From an uncultured Acidobacteriota bacterium (GTDB taxonomy: Bacteria > Acidobacteriota > JAQAZP01): a stretch of DNA of 64,000 nucleotides. How positions within the stretch are numbered: the first letter of the stretch is position 1; each line of letters begins with the position of its first letter. This document shows positions 1 to 8,902 of the stretch, in pieces. Made by a program: the position numbers and the translations under genes. The notes under the pieces were generated by a model. The model was not told where the DNA came from. It searched no databases and saw nothing but the letters and a program-made list of their open reading frames with translations. The stretch spans positions 992,001 to 1,056,000 of the forward strand of contig CAWIIB010000001.1 in NCBI GenBank assembly GCA_963836075.1, written 5' to 3'.

Positions 1-205
1 GCCCTTCCTGCTGAACCAGGGACAGGGCCTCGCGGGTCTGCAGTCCCACCAGGTCCGGCGTCAACACCTCGCGGCCACGGATCACCAGGATCACGGTGAG
101 CCAGGCGCTGAGCATGGTGATCACCAGCAGCCCCCCGGCGACGATCAGCCAACGGAAGAGCCGGGCAAGCCCGTTCCACCACCTGCCGAAGGATCTGGAC
201 GGCAT
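1..205 (-). CDS. PASTA-domain membrane protein, N-terminal part (runs off the window)
   Basis: Hand translation from ATG at 205 (GGAGGAG RBS upstream): MPSRSFGRWW..., a TM helix, then GREVLTPDLVGLQTREALSLVQQEG, a typical PASTA repeat start. Lies downstream of fmt-rsmB. Confidence 0.75.
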   Translation of the reverse strand, partial: MPSRSFGRWWNGLARLFRWLIVAGGLLVITMLSAWLTVILVIRGREVLTPDLVGLQTREALSLVQQEG

Positions 206-311
206 GGCTCTAAACTCCTCCACCCCACAAGGTTGACGCCGACACAAATACGAACCTATGAGTGGATGAATGATAACACTTTTCAGGCTCGATTACCCAA
301 CGGTCCTCCGC

Positions 312-1694
312 TCAAGCCGGGCGAACCATCCGGGCGGCAAAAAATCCGTCGCAACCGTCCCGGTGGGGCAAACTGCGCAGCGTTCCGTCAGGCCCCGCAA
401 GGCAGTGGAGACCCGGCGGCAGATACGGCGCCGCGTTGTCGAGGCGGAACCCGGTCCGGGCGAGGAACCGTTCCACCACCTGCGGCCCCTCCTCCGTTTC
501 CAGGGAGCAGACCGAGTAGACCAGCGTCCCACCCCGGGCCACCAGCCGGGCACACCCGCCGAGAATGTCCAGCTGCTTTTCCGCCAGCTGCGCAGGGGCC
601 CCGGCAGACAGGCGCCAGCGGATCTCGGGGTGCCGCCGCAGGGTCCCGGTGCCCGAACAGGGGGCGTCCACCTGCACGGCCTGAAACGCCCCCCCCCGGG
701 CGGGCGGCGCCGACAGGTCGCAGACCAGCGGCAGCACCCACGGACAGCCCATGCGGCGCACGTTCTCCCCAACCATGGCCAGGCGGTCGCGGTTGATATC
801 CGCGGCCACCACCCGGCCTTGGGACCCGCACATCTCGGCCAACCGGACGGTCTTGGCCCCGGGGGCGGCACAACCGTCCAGGACCCACTCCCCCGGCACC
901 AGACCGGTGAGCAGCGGAATGACCTGGGAAGCCGGATCCTGAACCAGCACCCGGCCCTGGACAAAGGCCCGGGTGTGGCGCAGTGTTCCCGCGGTCACCT
1001 GCCAGGCACCAGGGAACTGGGGGTGCGGTTCGGCTTCGACGCCATCCCCGGAGAGTTGCCGGATGATCTTGTCCTCGCCCTCCCACGGCCGACCCGGTAT
1101 CCGGGGCATCCGAAAAGCCACCGGCGGGCGCGCGGCCGACGCCTCGGCCAGTTGCTCCGCTTCGGCGGCGCCGAAACGGTCCACCCAGCGTTCGGCCAGC
1201 CACGGAGGCAGGGAAAACCGGTGGGCAATATGGTGCTGAGGTCGCCGAGGATCACGCCGCGGCTCAGGATAGTGTCCGCGGTCCCGTGCCGCGGCCCGCA
1301 GCACACCATTGGCGTAAGAGACCGCAGCCGGCCCGCAACTGCGGCCCGCCGCTGCCACGGTTTCGTTGACCGCCGCCCAATCGGGAATCCGGTCCAGGAA
1401 GACCAGCTGGTAGAGTCCCAGGCGCAGACACTGCAGCAGCTCAGGCTGGAGCGTACCCAGGGCCCGCCGGCTGTAGCGGTTGAGCAGGAAATCGAGACGG
1501 CCCCGCCAGCGCAGGGTCCCGCCCACCAGTTCCCGGAGCAGCGCACGGTCGGAGCGTTCGGGAAACCGCTCCCCGGCGCTGCGCAGCAGCAGGTGTGAGA
1601 AACCACCGTCCTCCACCTGTTGCAGGATCGTCGCCGCGCTGCCCCGGACGCTCCGCCGCCGGCCGGCCGCCCGCCGTGGCGCTTCCGCGCTCAC
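312..1694 (-). CDS. rsmB: 16S rRNA m5C967 methyltransferase RsmB/Sun
   Basis: NusB-like N-terminus (LRLGLYQLVFLDRIPDWAAVNETV); motifs VLDGCAAPGAKT, VDAPCSGTG, LVYSVCS; overlaps fmt stop. Confidence 0.95.
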   Translation of the reverse strand: MSAEAPRRAAGRRRSVRGSAATILQQVEDGGFSHLLLRSAGERFPERSDRALLRELVGGTLRWRGRLDFLLNRYSRRALGTLQPELLQCLRLGLYQLVFLDRIPDWAAVNETVAAAGRSCGPAAVSYANGVLRAAARDRGHYPEPRRDPRRPQHHIAHRFSLPPWLAERWVDRFGAAEAEQLAEASAARPPVAFRMPRIPGRPWEGEDKIIRQLSGDGVEAEPHPQFPGAWQVTAGTLRHTRAFVQGRVLVQDPASQVIPLLTGLVPGEWVLDGCAAPGAKTVRLAEMCGSQGRVVAADINRDRLAMVGENVRRMGCPWVLPLVCDLSAPPARGGAFQAVQVDAPCSGTGTLRRHPEIRWRLSAGAPAQLAEKQLDILGGCARLVARGGTLVYSVCSLETEEGPQVVERFLARTGFRLDNAAPYLPPGLHCLAGPDGTLRSLPHRDGCDGFFAARMVRPA

Positions 1695-2680
1695 GGCCCG
1701 GCCGCCGGGGAATCACCGCAAAGCCGCTGGCCTTCATTGACATAACGGCCATTGAGACAGCTGCAGCCGTCCATGGCCGAACGGTTGGCCGGTTGGGCCG
1801 TGAGCAGCTGGAGCACCGTAGCGCCTCCGCAGGCCACCAGGAACCCCTGACGGTGACGTCCCAGAACCTGTCCCGGCACCGCCGCGCTCTCCTGCACCGA
1901 TGCCGGGGGATCATGCCGGTCCAGCGGCTGGGCCGCCAGCACCCTGAGCCGCGCACCGCCGCAAAAGGTGTAGGTTCCCGGCCAGGGATTGAGCGCCCGC
2001 ACCTGGCGGTCGATCTCCGTGGCAGTGCGGTCCCAGCAGATCAGGCCGTCCTCCTTGCGCAGGAGCGGGGCGAGGGTGGCCAGGCTGTCATCCTGGGGCC
2101 GCGGCTCGAGGGTTCCATGCTCCAGCCCATCCAGGGTTTCCAGCAGGAGGTCGCCACCGCGGGCGGCAAGGGTGTGGGAAAGCTCCGGGGCCGTCACCCG
2201 CGGACCCAGCGGGATCCGCTGCTGGAGCAGGATGGCGCCGGTATCCAGGCCGGCGTCGATCATCATGGTGGTCACACCGGTCTCCGGCTCGCCGCGGAGC
2301 AGGGCGTGCTGGATGGGGGCAGCGCCGCGAAGCCGGGGGAGCAACGAGGCGTGGACGTTGATACAGCCCAGCCGGGGGATGGCCAGCAGATCGGGTGGCA
2401 GGATCAGCCCATAGGCCACCACCACCACCGCATCGGGCTCAAGGCCGGCCAGCAGTTCCCCGGCCTGCTGGTTGCGGCGCAGCCTGAGCGGCTGGTGCAC
2501 CGGCAGGCCGGCCTCCACGGCCAGACGCTTCACCGGCCCGAAGGCGACCTTCCGCCGGCGCCCGGAGGGCCTGTCCGGCTGACAGAACACCGCCTGGACC
2601 CGGTGGTCCGATCCGGTCAGCGCCCGGAAGGTGGGGACGGCGAATTCGGGTGTTCCCATAAAGACGATATTCACGGACAT
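1691..2680 (-). CDS. fmt: Methionyl-tRNA formyltransferase
   Basis: IVFMGTPEFA, INVHASLLPRLRGAAPI, DAGLDTG, VRALNPWPG. Start moved to ATG 2680 behind AGGAGG. Confidence 0.96.
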   Translation of the reverse strand: MSVNIVFMGTPEFAVPTFRALTGSDHRVQAVFCQPDRPSGRRRKVAFGPVKRLAVEAGLPVHQPLRLRRNQQAGELLAGLEPDAVVVVAYGLILPPDLLAIPRLGCINVHASLLPRLRGAAPIQHALLRGEPETGVTTMMIDAGLDTGAILLQQRIPLGPRVTAPELSHTLAARGGDLLLETLDGLEHGTLEPRPQDDSLATLAPLLRKEDGLICWDRTATEIDRQVRALNPWPGTYTFCGGARLRVLAAQPLDRHDPPASVQESAAVPGQVLGRHRQGFLVACGGATVLQLLTAQPANRSAMDGCSCLNGRYVNEGQRLCGDSPAAGP

Positions 2681-2912
2681 CCTCCTGAACTGCCCCAATC
2701 CGCGGCGGGCATGTGGACGTTGAGACCTACCACAGGGGTTCTGGCCTGTCAAGAAATCGGGAGCGCGGGGAAATCCCGCCGCCGTCCTTCAAGTGTCCCC
2801 CAAAGTGATCACTCTCCGCGGTATACTGTGCGTGAGGGGAACGCTTTTCGGGAATTGCTCATTTTCGTCTTCAGAAAAAGCTGAAAATACAGCGGTTACA
2901 TGCAGGACAAGG

Positions 2913-2928
2913 TGGCATCGGACTTGCA
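2913..2928 (+). promoter_or_regulatory. sigma54 (-24/-12) promoter
   Basis: TGGCATCGGACTTGCA matches TGGCAY-N5-TTGCW, about 80 nt upstream of the 3011 CDS. Confidence 0.7.
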
Positions 2929-3010
2929 AAACACTTATAATGATGTTGGAGAACTACTGATTAGCAGCGCACCGGAGTAGTGGGCTGTTCACATCCGCGA
3001 GGAGGCCACA

Positions 3011-4951
3011 ATGAAATGCCACGATGCACAGGGCAGACCAGGGAACCTGGCCGAGCACGCTCTTTGGCACAGGGCCGCTCTTTACGTCACCACTGCCATC
3101 ATTCTGCTGGCCCTCTGCTGGCCGGTCCCGGCCCAGGAAGCCACCGCTCCGGAGGCAGCGGTCCAGGACCAGTGGGGAGCGCACTTTGTTCGCACAGCCC
3201 ACGTTGAAGGGCAGGTCACTATCCAGCGGGCCAGCGAGATCCGCAGCGAGGACGCCCTGCTCAACATGCCGGTGATCCCCGGCGATCGGCTGTGGACCGG
3301 TGACGACGGCCGTGCCGAGCTGCAGCTGGCCGACGGCATGCTGCTGCGGATGAACTACTCCACCAAGCTGGACACCGAGGCCCTCGGCGTTCCAGGTGAC
3401 GGAAAAAACGACGTGACCGTGCTGCGGCTCTGGTCCGGATCGGCCATACTCAACGGCGGCGTTTTCGACTCCCCGGACAAGACCCTGCAGATGGACACCC
3501 CGGCCGCCTCGGCTTTTCTGCTGGAAGAGGGATACACCCGCATAGACATCGATACCGACGGGGCCACTTTTGTGTCGGTCTACCGCGGCCTGACCGAAGT
3601 GGTGGCCATGGACAGCTCGGTGCTGGTCCGGGCGGGCCAGCGCACGGTGGTGGGCCCGGGATACGCACCGGCAGAACCGTTCACCTTCAACACCACCGAG
3701 CTGGACGATTTCGGCCACTGGAGCGATGAGCGGGACCAGCTGTACAGCGCCAACTACAGCGAATCGTATGTCGACGAATCCATCGCCCACTACGCCTCCA
3801 ATCTCACTGACTACGGCAACTGGTTCTACGTCTCCTACTACAACTCCTACTGCTGGCGCCCCTACGTGGGCTTCGGCTGGTCGCCCTACTACTACGGCTA
3901 CTGGTCCTGGTATCCGTGGGGCTACTACTGGAACTCCTGGGAGCCGTGGGGCTGGTGCTGCTACCACTACGGCCGCTGGGACTGGTGTCCCGGATACGGC
4001 TGGGCCTGGATCCCCGGAAACCAGTGGTCCGGCGGCTGGGTCAGATGGGGCGTGGGCGACGACTACGTGGGCTGGGCTCCCCTCGACTACGACAACCGCG
4101 CCGCCACGGTGACCTACGACCAGGGCGGCGACCAGGGCCTGACCTCCCGCGAGGGCCGTCCGCTCACCGTGAACAACTCCGACGGGGGACTGCGCAATAT
4201 CGACGCCAACTCCTGGACCTTTGCCAAGCCGGATGCCCTCTCCGCGGCCGGCCGCTCGACCAGCTACCTCGGCTATGACGAGGTGGTGGACCGGCGGCCG
4301 ATGAAGCTGCTCACCAGCCCGCTGGCCGTTTCCCAGAAGGACGCCGGAGACCCCGGGCCGGCCCTGCAGAAGCTTTACCAGTCCAACGAGTTCAGCGGAG
4401 GCACCCCGGAGAAGTCCGGGTCCCCGAACAGCGCGTTCACCACCACCGGGCGGCGCTACGCCATCCCCGGCGGTTCGAATTCCTACAGCAACACCTACCA
4501 GTCCCCCCGCCGCGGCGGTTCCGCCGGGGTGGTCACCAATCCGCCCACTTCCCGGACCGGATCCCGCTACGGCAGCACTTCCGTACCGCCGCGGACCACC
4601 AGGGAGAAATCCTATTCGAAGCAGATCTACAACGGCGTGAAGCAACCGGCCCGGAGCTACAGCAGCCCGGGTACCAGCCGGAGCACATCCTCGATCCCGC
4701 CCCGGCTGAACAGAACGCCGTCGCGGACGGCTGCACCGCCGTCGGGAACCCGGCCTCCGTCCACCAGGAGCACCACCGTTCCGCAGCGAGCGCCGGCCCG
4801 GCCGCCGCAGAGAAGCATCAGCAGGCCGGCGGCTCCGAGCAGACCTTCCGGGAGATCGGTGAGCCGGCCCTCGGCGCCGAGCCGCCCCAGCAGCCCGCCC
4901 TCGCGGCCGTCCGGCTCGTCGGGCCGGTCCTCGAAGGGCAAGAAGGGCTAG
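3011..4951 (+). CDS. Exported FecR-like + DUF6600-like (Trp/Tyr-rich) protein with Pro/Ser/Arg disordered tail
   Basis: Signal peptide (VPA-QE); LNMPVIPGDRLWTGDDGRAELQL FecR-like start; YGNW..WRPY..W.PYYYGYW...EPWGW..YHYGRW block; low-complexity C-terminus; GGAGG RBS. Confidence 0.8.
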   Translation: MKCHDAQGRPGNLAEHALWHRAALYVTTAIILLALCWPVPAQEATAPEAAVQDQWGAHFVRTAHVEGQVTIQRASEIRSEDALLNMPVIPGDRLWTGDDGRAELQLADGMLLRMNYSTKLDTEALGVPGDGKNDVTVLRLWSGSAILNGGVFDSPDKTLQMDTPAASAFLLEEGYTRIDIDTDGATFVSVYRGLTEVVAMDSSVLVRAGQRTVVGPGYAPAEPFTFNTTELDDFGHWSDERDQLYSANYSESYVDESIAHYASNLTDYGNWFYVSYYNSYCWRPYVGFGWSPYYYGYWSWYPWGYYWNSWEPWGWCCYHYGRWDWCPGYGWAWIPGNQWSGGWVRWGVGDDYVGWAPLDYDNRAATVTYDQGGDQGLTSREGRPLTVNNSDGGLRNIDANSWTFAKPDALSAAGRSTSYLGYDEVVDRRPMKLLTSPLAVSQKDAGDPGPALQKLYQSNEFSGGTPEKSGSPNSAFTTTGRRYAIPGGSNSYSNTYQSPRRGGSAGVVTNPPTSRTGSRYGSTSVPPRTTREKSYSKQIYNGVKQPARSYSSPGTSRSTSSIPPRLNRTPSRTAAPPSGTRPPSTRSTTVPQRAPARPPQRSISRPAAPSRPSGRSVSRPSAPSRPSSPPSRPSGSSGRSSKGKKG

Positions 4952-5015
4952 GTAGGCATACTGAGCAGCGCAGTCGATTCCGTGTTTTTTGCACTCAAAC
5001 TCAATGGAGGGTGTC

Positions 5016-5462
5016 ATGAAACAGACGGGAATCCTTCGAATCGTGCTGCCGGTGCTTCTGCTGCCGGCAATGATGGCGGGTTGCACGCTGATGAAAGTCA
5101 CCAGCCTCGGCGAGCAGCCCCCGCCCCATGAACAGCACTGGACAGAGGTTGACGTTTACCAGGATATCGGGGATGTTCCAGAGGCATACCAGGAAATCGC
5201 CGTCCTGGAGATCAGATCGGCATTGACCAAAAAGAAGATGCTCTACGACTGCCGGCGCAGAGCTGCCCGGTTGGGGGCCAACGGGATTGTGCTGCAGCAG
5301 GTGGGCCGTCACGATGAACTGGTCCCGATCTTCACCGGATCCGTGTACATCCCGGTGGTCAGTGAGCAGTGGGATGGTCGAATTCTCGCCATCCGTGTGA
5401 ATCGAGCGCCGGCAGAAGACGTTGTGCGGCTGTCCCGGATGGGGCAGGACGGGATGAGCTGA
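5016..5462 (+). CDS. Small lipoprotein (YbjQ/RcsF-like fold suspected)
   Basis: Lipobox MAG-C; RRRAARLGANGIVL motif; GGAGG RBS. Confidence 0.65.
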   Translation: MKQTGILRIVLPVLLLPAMMAGCTLMKVTSLGEQPPPHEQHWTEVDVYQDIGDVPEAYQEIAVLEIRSALTKKKMLYDCRRRAARLGANGIVLQQVGRHDELVPIFTGSVYIPVVSEQWDGRILAIRVNRAPAEDVVRLSRMGQDGMS

Positions 5463-5579
5463 AACAGTTACGCTGATCGCAATCAGCCCCGGAGCAGGAA
5501 CGACCTGCCGCGGGGCTCTTCCATGTACCGGCCACGCCACTCCCCTGCCACGGCAGGTGGTGACAGTCACCCGCACAGT

Positions 5580-5615
5580 AAAAAAGCCCCGCGAACTGGA
5601 TGTCCGCGGGGCTTT
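5580..5615 (-). terminator. Intrinsic terminator of the 5671-7674 gene
   Basis: AAAGCCCCGCG..CGCGGGGCTTT stem with an A-run on + (U-run on -). A second GC hairpin lies at about 5631-5657. Confidence 0.75.
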
Positions 5616-5670
5616 CGGCAGGTCAAAGGGCCGCGGGCGGCCAAAGCCGCCCGCGGGTTGAGGTCAGCAG

Positions 5671-7674
5671 TTAGTCACAGACAGTGGTGATGCCGCAGGT
5701 GGCGGTCTCAACCCAACCGGCCGGCGCATCGCCTGCCACGTCGCACGGGGTGCAGTCGGAGGCTTCCACGTCGAAGACCATGGTGCAGTTACAGGTGGTG
5801 GGGTAGGCCGGAATGACCTGGCCCCAGCCGAGGAACTGGGTGGCGCCGGCGGCGAGAACCATGTTCCCGGCGCGGATGTTGCTGCGATACACACCGTTGC
5901 ACAGGGTCACACCCACGCTGCCGCAGATCTGACGGAACGTGTCGGTGGTGTTGGTGACATAGACGCGGATCTTGGTGTTCGTGGGCAGCACCAGCGGGTC
6001 CGGGTCGCAGAGCATGGTCACGTCGAAGGTGTCGACGGGAACGGCCGGGGTCACAACCACGTCGAGGGAGAACTCGCCCTGGCCGGTAGACCAGGCATCA
6101 CAGACGATGTAGAAGGTGCCGCCACAGTCGAAGGTGTGGGTGATGTACTCGGGATCACCGGTAAAGCCGGCATCGGCGCCGGCCACACAGGTGCCGACGA
6201 TGTCGCCGCAGTCACCAACAACGTAGAAGCTGGGGTCATACGAGTCGATGGGCGTGTAGACCAGGTCCACGGTGTCGCCGTCGTTGACGGTGATCATGTA
6301 GGCAGCGTCCGGGGCCGCGGAGGCATAGGGGATGCAGCCGTTGCCATCGTAGTCGTTGGCGGCACAGACGGTGGTGCCGTAGAAGAGGCCGCCGCCGGTC
6401 ACGTCGATCGCGGTGTCGCAGGTGTCGTTGGCCACGGGACCGGTTACGGCCACGTCGAGCTGGTATTCGCCGGAACCGCCGCCATAGAAGTCGCAGAAAA
6501 TGTAAAGGTCGCCTTCCTCACCTGGGGCAATCGTGTAGCAAAAGCTCTCGGCGTCGCCGCCCAGGCCTTCGTCTGCGCCGGCAATGGCGGTCACCGAACC
6601 GTCGGTGCAGTCCATGGCGAGGGCCACGGCCGGGTCCTGGCCTTCCAGCGGCGTCATGGTGACGCAAATCTCGCTGCCGGCGCAGGGCACGTTCACGACA
6701 TAGACGTGATCGTTTCCAGTCAGGGTCCAGGCCCACAGATTGTAGCTGGTGAAGGCGTCTGTGCAGTCAGTGGTGCTGGCGGTAAAGCTACCCGGGCCGA
6801 TCATCTCGGCATCGGCACAGGTGTCGGGGCCGTAGCAGCCGGCTGCTTCCTTGAAGGTGAAGCAGATGTCGTTCCAGGTGGCATCAGGCTCACCGGCGGG
6901 AGAATCATCAAAGGATTCATAGAAGTCGAAGGTCCAAACACCGGCCGGGTCACCGGCAACGGCGAAGACCGGGGTGGTCCCGATGAACTGGGCGCCGGGA
7001 GAGTAAGCGGTGCCGGTGCCGAGTTGGATGGTGGCACTGCCCAGCGGACCGGAAATGTCCAATCTCAGCTCGGAACCGTAAGTGCCGGAGGAAATCGTTT
7101 CGGCAAAGCCGTCCCAGTCGATGTCGCCGAGGGTGTATCCCCCGGTCAGGGTGGCGGTGTAGCTGGCGATGCCGGCCGCCGACTGGCTGTCCGCGACAAA
7201 ACAAACCTCTTCACTGGCCGGACCGCCGCCAGTCACCTGAAGGTCGTAGGAACCGCAGCTGCTGCCGTACCCGGCCACCACGATGTAGTACGTGTTGCCG
7301 CCCGTGAGCTCGAGGCCGAAGATGGCCGAAGTGTAGTTGGGATAATAGTCGTCATCACAACCCACAACCACAGCGTCGCTGTTTTCGTAGACAAAAACCT
7401 TGGTGTCGTAGAGCGAGGCGCCCAGGTCGATGTCGATGATCTCGTTTCCAGCGGGTGCATAGGCGTAGACCACGTCCGCGGCGGTCGAGCTGTACGGACA
7501 GGTGAAGACGCCGACTTCGTCGTAGTCGTTGAGGAATGCACAAGTGTCACCGGTGTCCGAGAAGGGAAGCCCCGGAATGGCCACTGCAGTCGCGATATCT
7601 TCGCCACCGACGGCAAAAGCCATACTCGAGAGGGCCAGCATGATCATGCAAAGACAAGCAAAAACCTTACTCAT
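5671..7674 (-). CDS. Secreted acidic Cys-rich multidomain protein (three PPC-like beta-sandwich repeats plus a C-terminal Ig-like domain)
   Basis: Signal peptide (AFA-V); three modules D(T/I)x..A..I...T....(N)DY...D.VY...D...V..DC...GAD; AAGGAG RBS; strong codon bias. Confidence 0.8.
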   Translation of the reverse strand: MSKVFACLCMIMLALSSMAFAVGGEDIATAVAIPGLPFSDTGDTCAFLNDYDEVGVFTCPYSSTAADVVYAYAPAGNEIIDIDLGASLYDTKVFVYENSDAVVVGCDDDYYPNYTSAIFGLELTGGNTYYIVVAGYGSSCGSYDLQVTGGGPASEEVCFVADSQSAAGIASYTATLTGGYTLGDIDWDGFAETISSGTYGSELRLDISGPLGSATIQLGTGTAYSPGAQFIGTTPVFAVAGDPAGVWTFDFYESFDDSPAGEPDATWNDICFTFKEAAGCYGPDTCADAEMIGPGSFTASTTDCTDAFTSYNLWAWTLTGNDHVYVVNVPCAGSEICVTMTPLEGQDPAVALAMDCTDGSVTAIAGADEGLGGDAESFCYTIAPGEEGDLYIFCDFYGGGSGEYQLDVAVTGPVANDTCDTAIDVTGGGLFYGTTVCAANDYDGNGCIPYASAAPDAAYMITVNDGDTVDLVYTPIDSYDPSFYVVGDCGDIVGTCVAGADAGFTGDPEYITHTFDCGGTFYIVCDAWSTGQGEFSLDVVVTPAVPVDTFDVTMLCDPDPLVLPTNTKIRVYVTNTTDTFRQICGSVGVTLCNGVYRSNIRAGNMVLAAGATQFLGWGQVIPAYPTTCNCTMVFDVEASDCTPCDVAGDAPAGWVETATCGITTVCD

Positions 7675-8121
7675 TGCTTACTCCTTGAAACATTGGGAAA
7701 ACTGATTGAAACAGGAACCGAATATGGAACAGGATACATACGCCGCGAGCATGGTGAAGAACGGTGTTCCGTCGCTGAACCAGCGCCGTTTTCACTCCGC
7801 GTAATGCTCAACCTCCTTTTCCTGACCCGCGGACGGAGTGTTGAAGGAAACTCACACAACAAAACAAAGAGACGTAAACGATACGAAACCGCGGCATCAG
7901 CCGCGGCCGATGTATCCGAATATTGGAAACTGTCCGCCGATTTCTCGACGACGCCTGTGCCCGGGGATACTGCTTGCCGAGAGTTCGAACAGGGGCGCGT
8001 GGCCGGTGAGCGTACCGCTTTGCTCCGCGTGCGGGGGTACTGCTGGACTGTTCAACTGGGCAGCAACTACTCTCCCAGATTCGCCCGCCGACACAATTCA
8101 GCGGGAAGTCACCCAGATAAT

Positions 8122-8137
8122 AGCAAGTTTCATACCA
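8122..8137 (-). promoter_or_regulatory. sigma54 (-24/-12) promoter for the 7674 gene
   Basis: Minus strand TGGTATGAAACTTGCT with correct GG-N10-GC spacing; AT-rich DNA upstream. Confidence 0.6.
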
Positions 8138-8422
8138 TATTCGTGGATATTTGCGAAACTGTTTTCCCATGGTTAAGCCAATGATTCTAAACAGCTTAAA
8201 GCCGTCACCATCGTATCGTCCAAATTGTTGATCATTTTTTTCGGGCTATCGGAAAAATAATGCAAAGAGTGTGAAATAAAGTGCTCACTCCTCAATTGTC
8301 ATGCTCCACAGTCCGCGGACCCGGAATCACCATCCCCCACAGGCCTGCCTTGCAGCCAAACCGCCCTTGGGCTATGATTTCTTCTTTCCGGTCACTGCCC
8401 CCAGACCCCGCGGAGCCAACCG

Positions 8423-8902
8423 ATGAACCAGGAAATCTACTGGCAGACCAGGACGGTCACCCTGCTGGAGACCGAGATCGACGACATGACCGGCGAACTG
8501 CTGGGGCACGTGCTGGAAGAGGCCCTGCGCCTTGGCGCCCTGGACCTTCACTACACCGCGGTGCAGATGAAGAAGAACCGGCCCGGCGTCCGGCTCACCC
8601 TGCTCTGCCAGGAACCCGACCAGGACCGCTTTATCGATTTCATCTTCCGGCAGACCACCAGCCTCGGGGTGCGTGTCCGGACGGTGCAGCGGGCGGAACT
8701 GGATCGTGATTCGATCACCGTCCAGCGTTCGGGCCGCAGCTTCGCGATCAAGAGGGGCCTGGGCCCCGGAGGCGAACTGCTCAACGAAGCCCCGGAATTC
8801 GAGGATCTGAAGACGATCTCCCGGGACGAGGGCGGACCGCTGAAGAGACTGTTTCAATGGTGGCACGGCCGGGACCGGGAGGAGGCGCGGGAAGATGAGT
8901 GA
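8423..8902 (+). CDS. larC: LarC C-terminal domain (LarC2-like) stand-alone protein
   Basis: LLETEIDDMTGE, GALD, VQMKKNRPG, QTTSLGVR, PEFED motifs of the LarC C-terminal half. Confidence 0.8.
   Translation: MNQEIYWQTRTVTLLETEIDDMTGELLGHVLEEALRLGALDLHYTAVQMKKNRPGVRLTLLCQEPDQDRFIDFIFRQTTSLGVRVRTVQRAELDRDSITVQRSGRSFAIKRGLGPGGELLNEAPEFEDLKTISRDEGGPLKRLFQWWHGRDREEAREDE

Noticed and set aside
8005-8045. GGAGCAAAGC on the minus strand resembling a c-di-GMP-I riboswitch
   Set aside because: The upstream GGCAAA/GAAA-tetraloop P2 stem and the 3' closing elements are not identifiable.
6136-8184. 682-aa plus-strand ORF; similar long ORFs at 2954-5101, 16862-18910, 32054-34054 and 57326-59605
   Set aside because: Antisense shadows of strongly codon-biased GC-rich genes, with no motifs or RBS.
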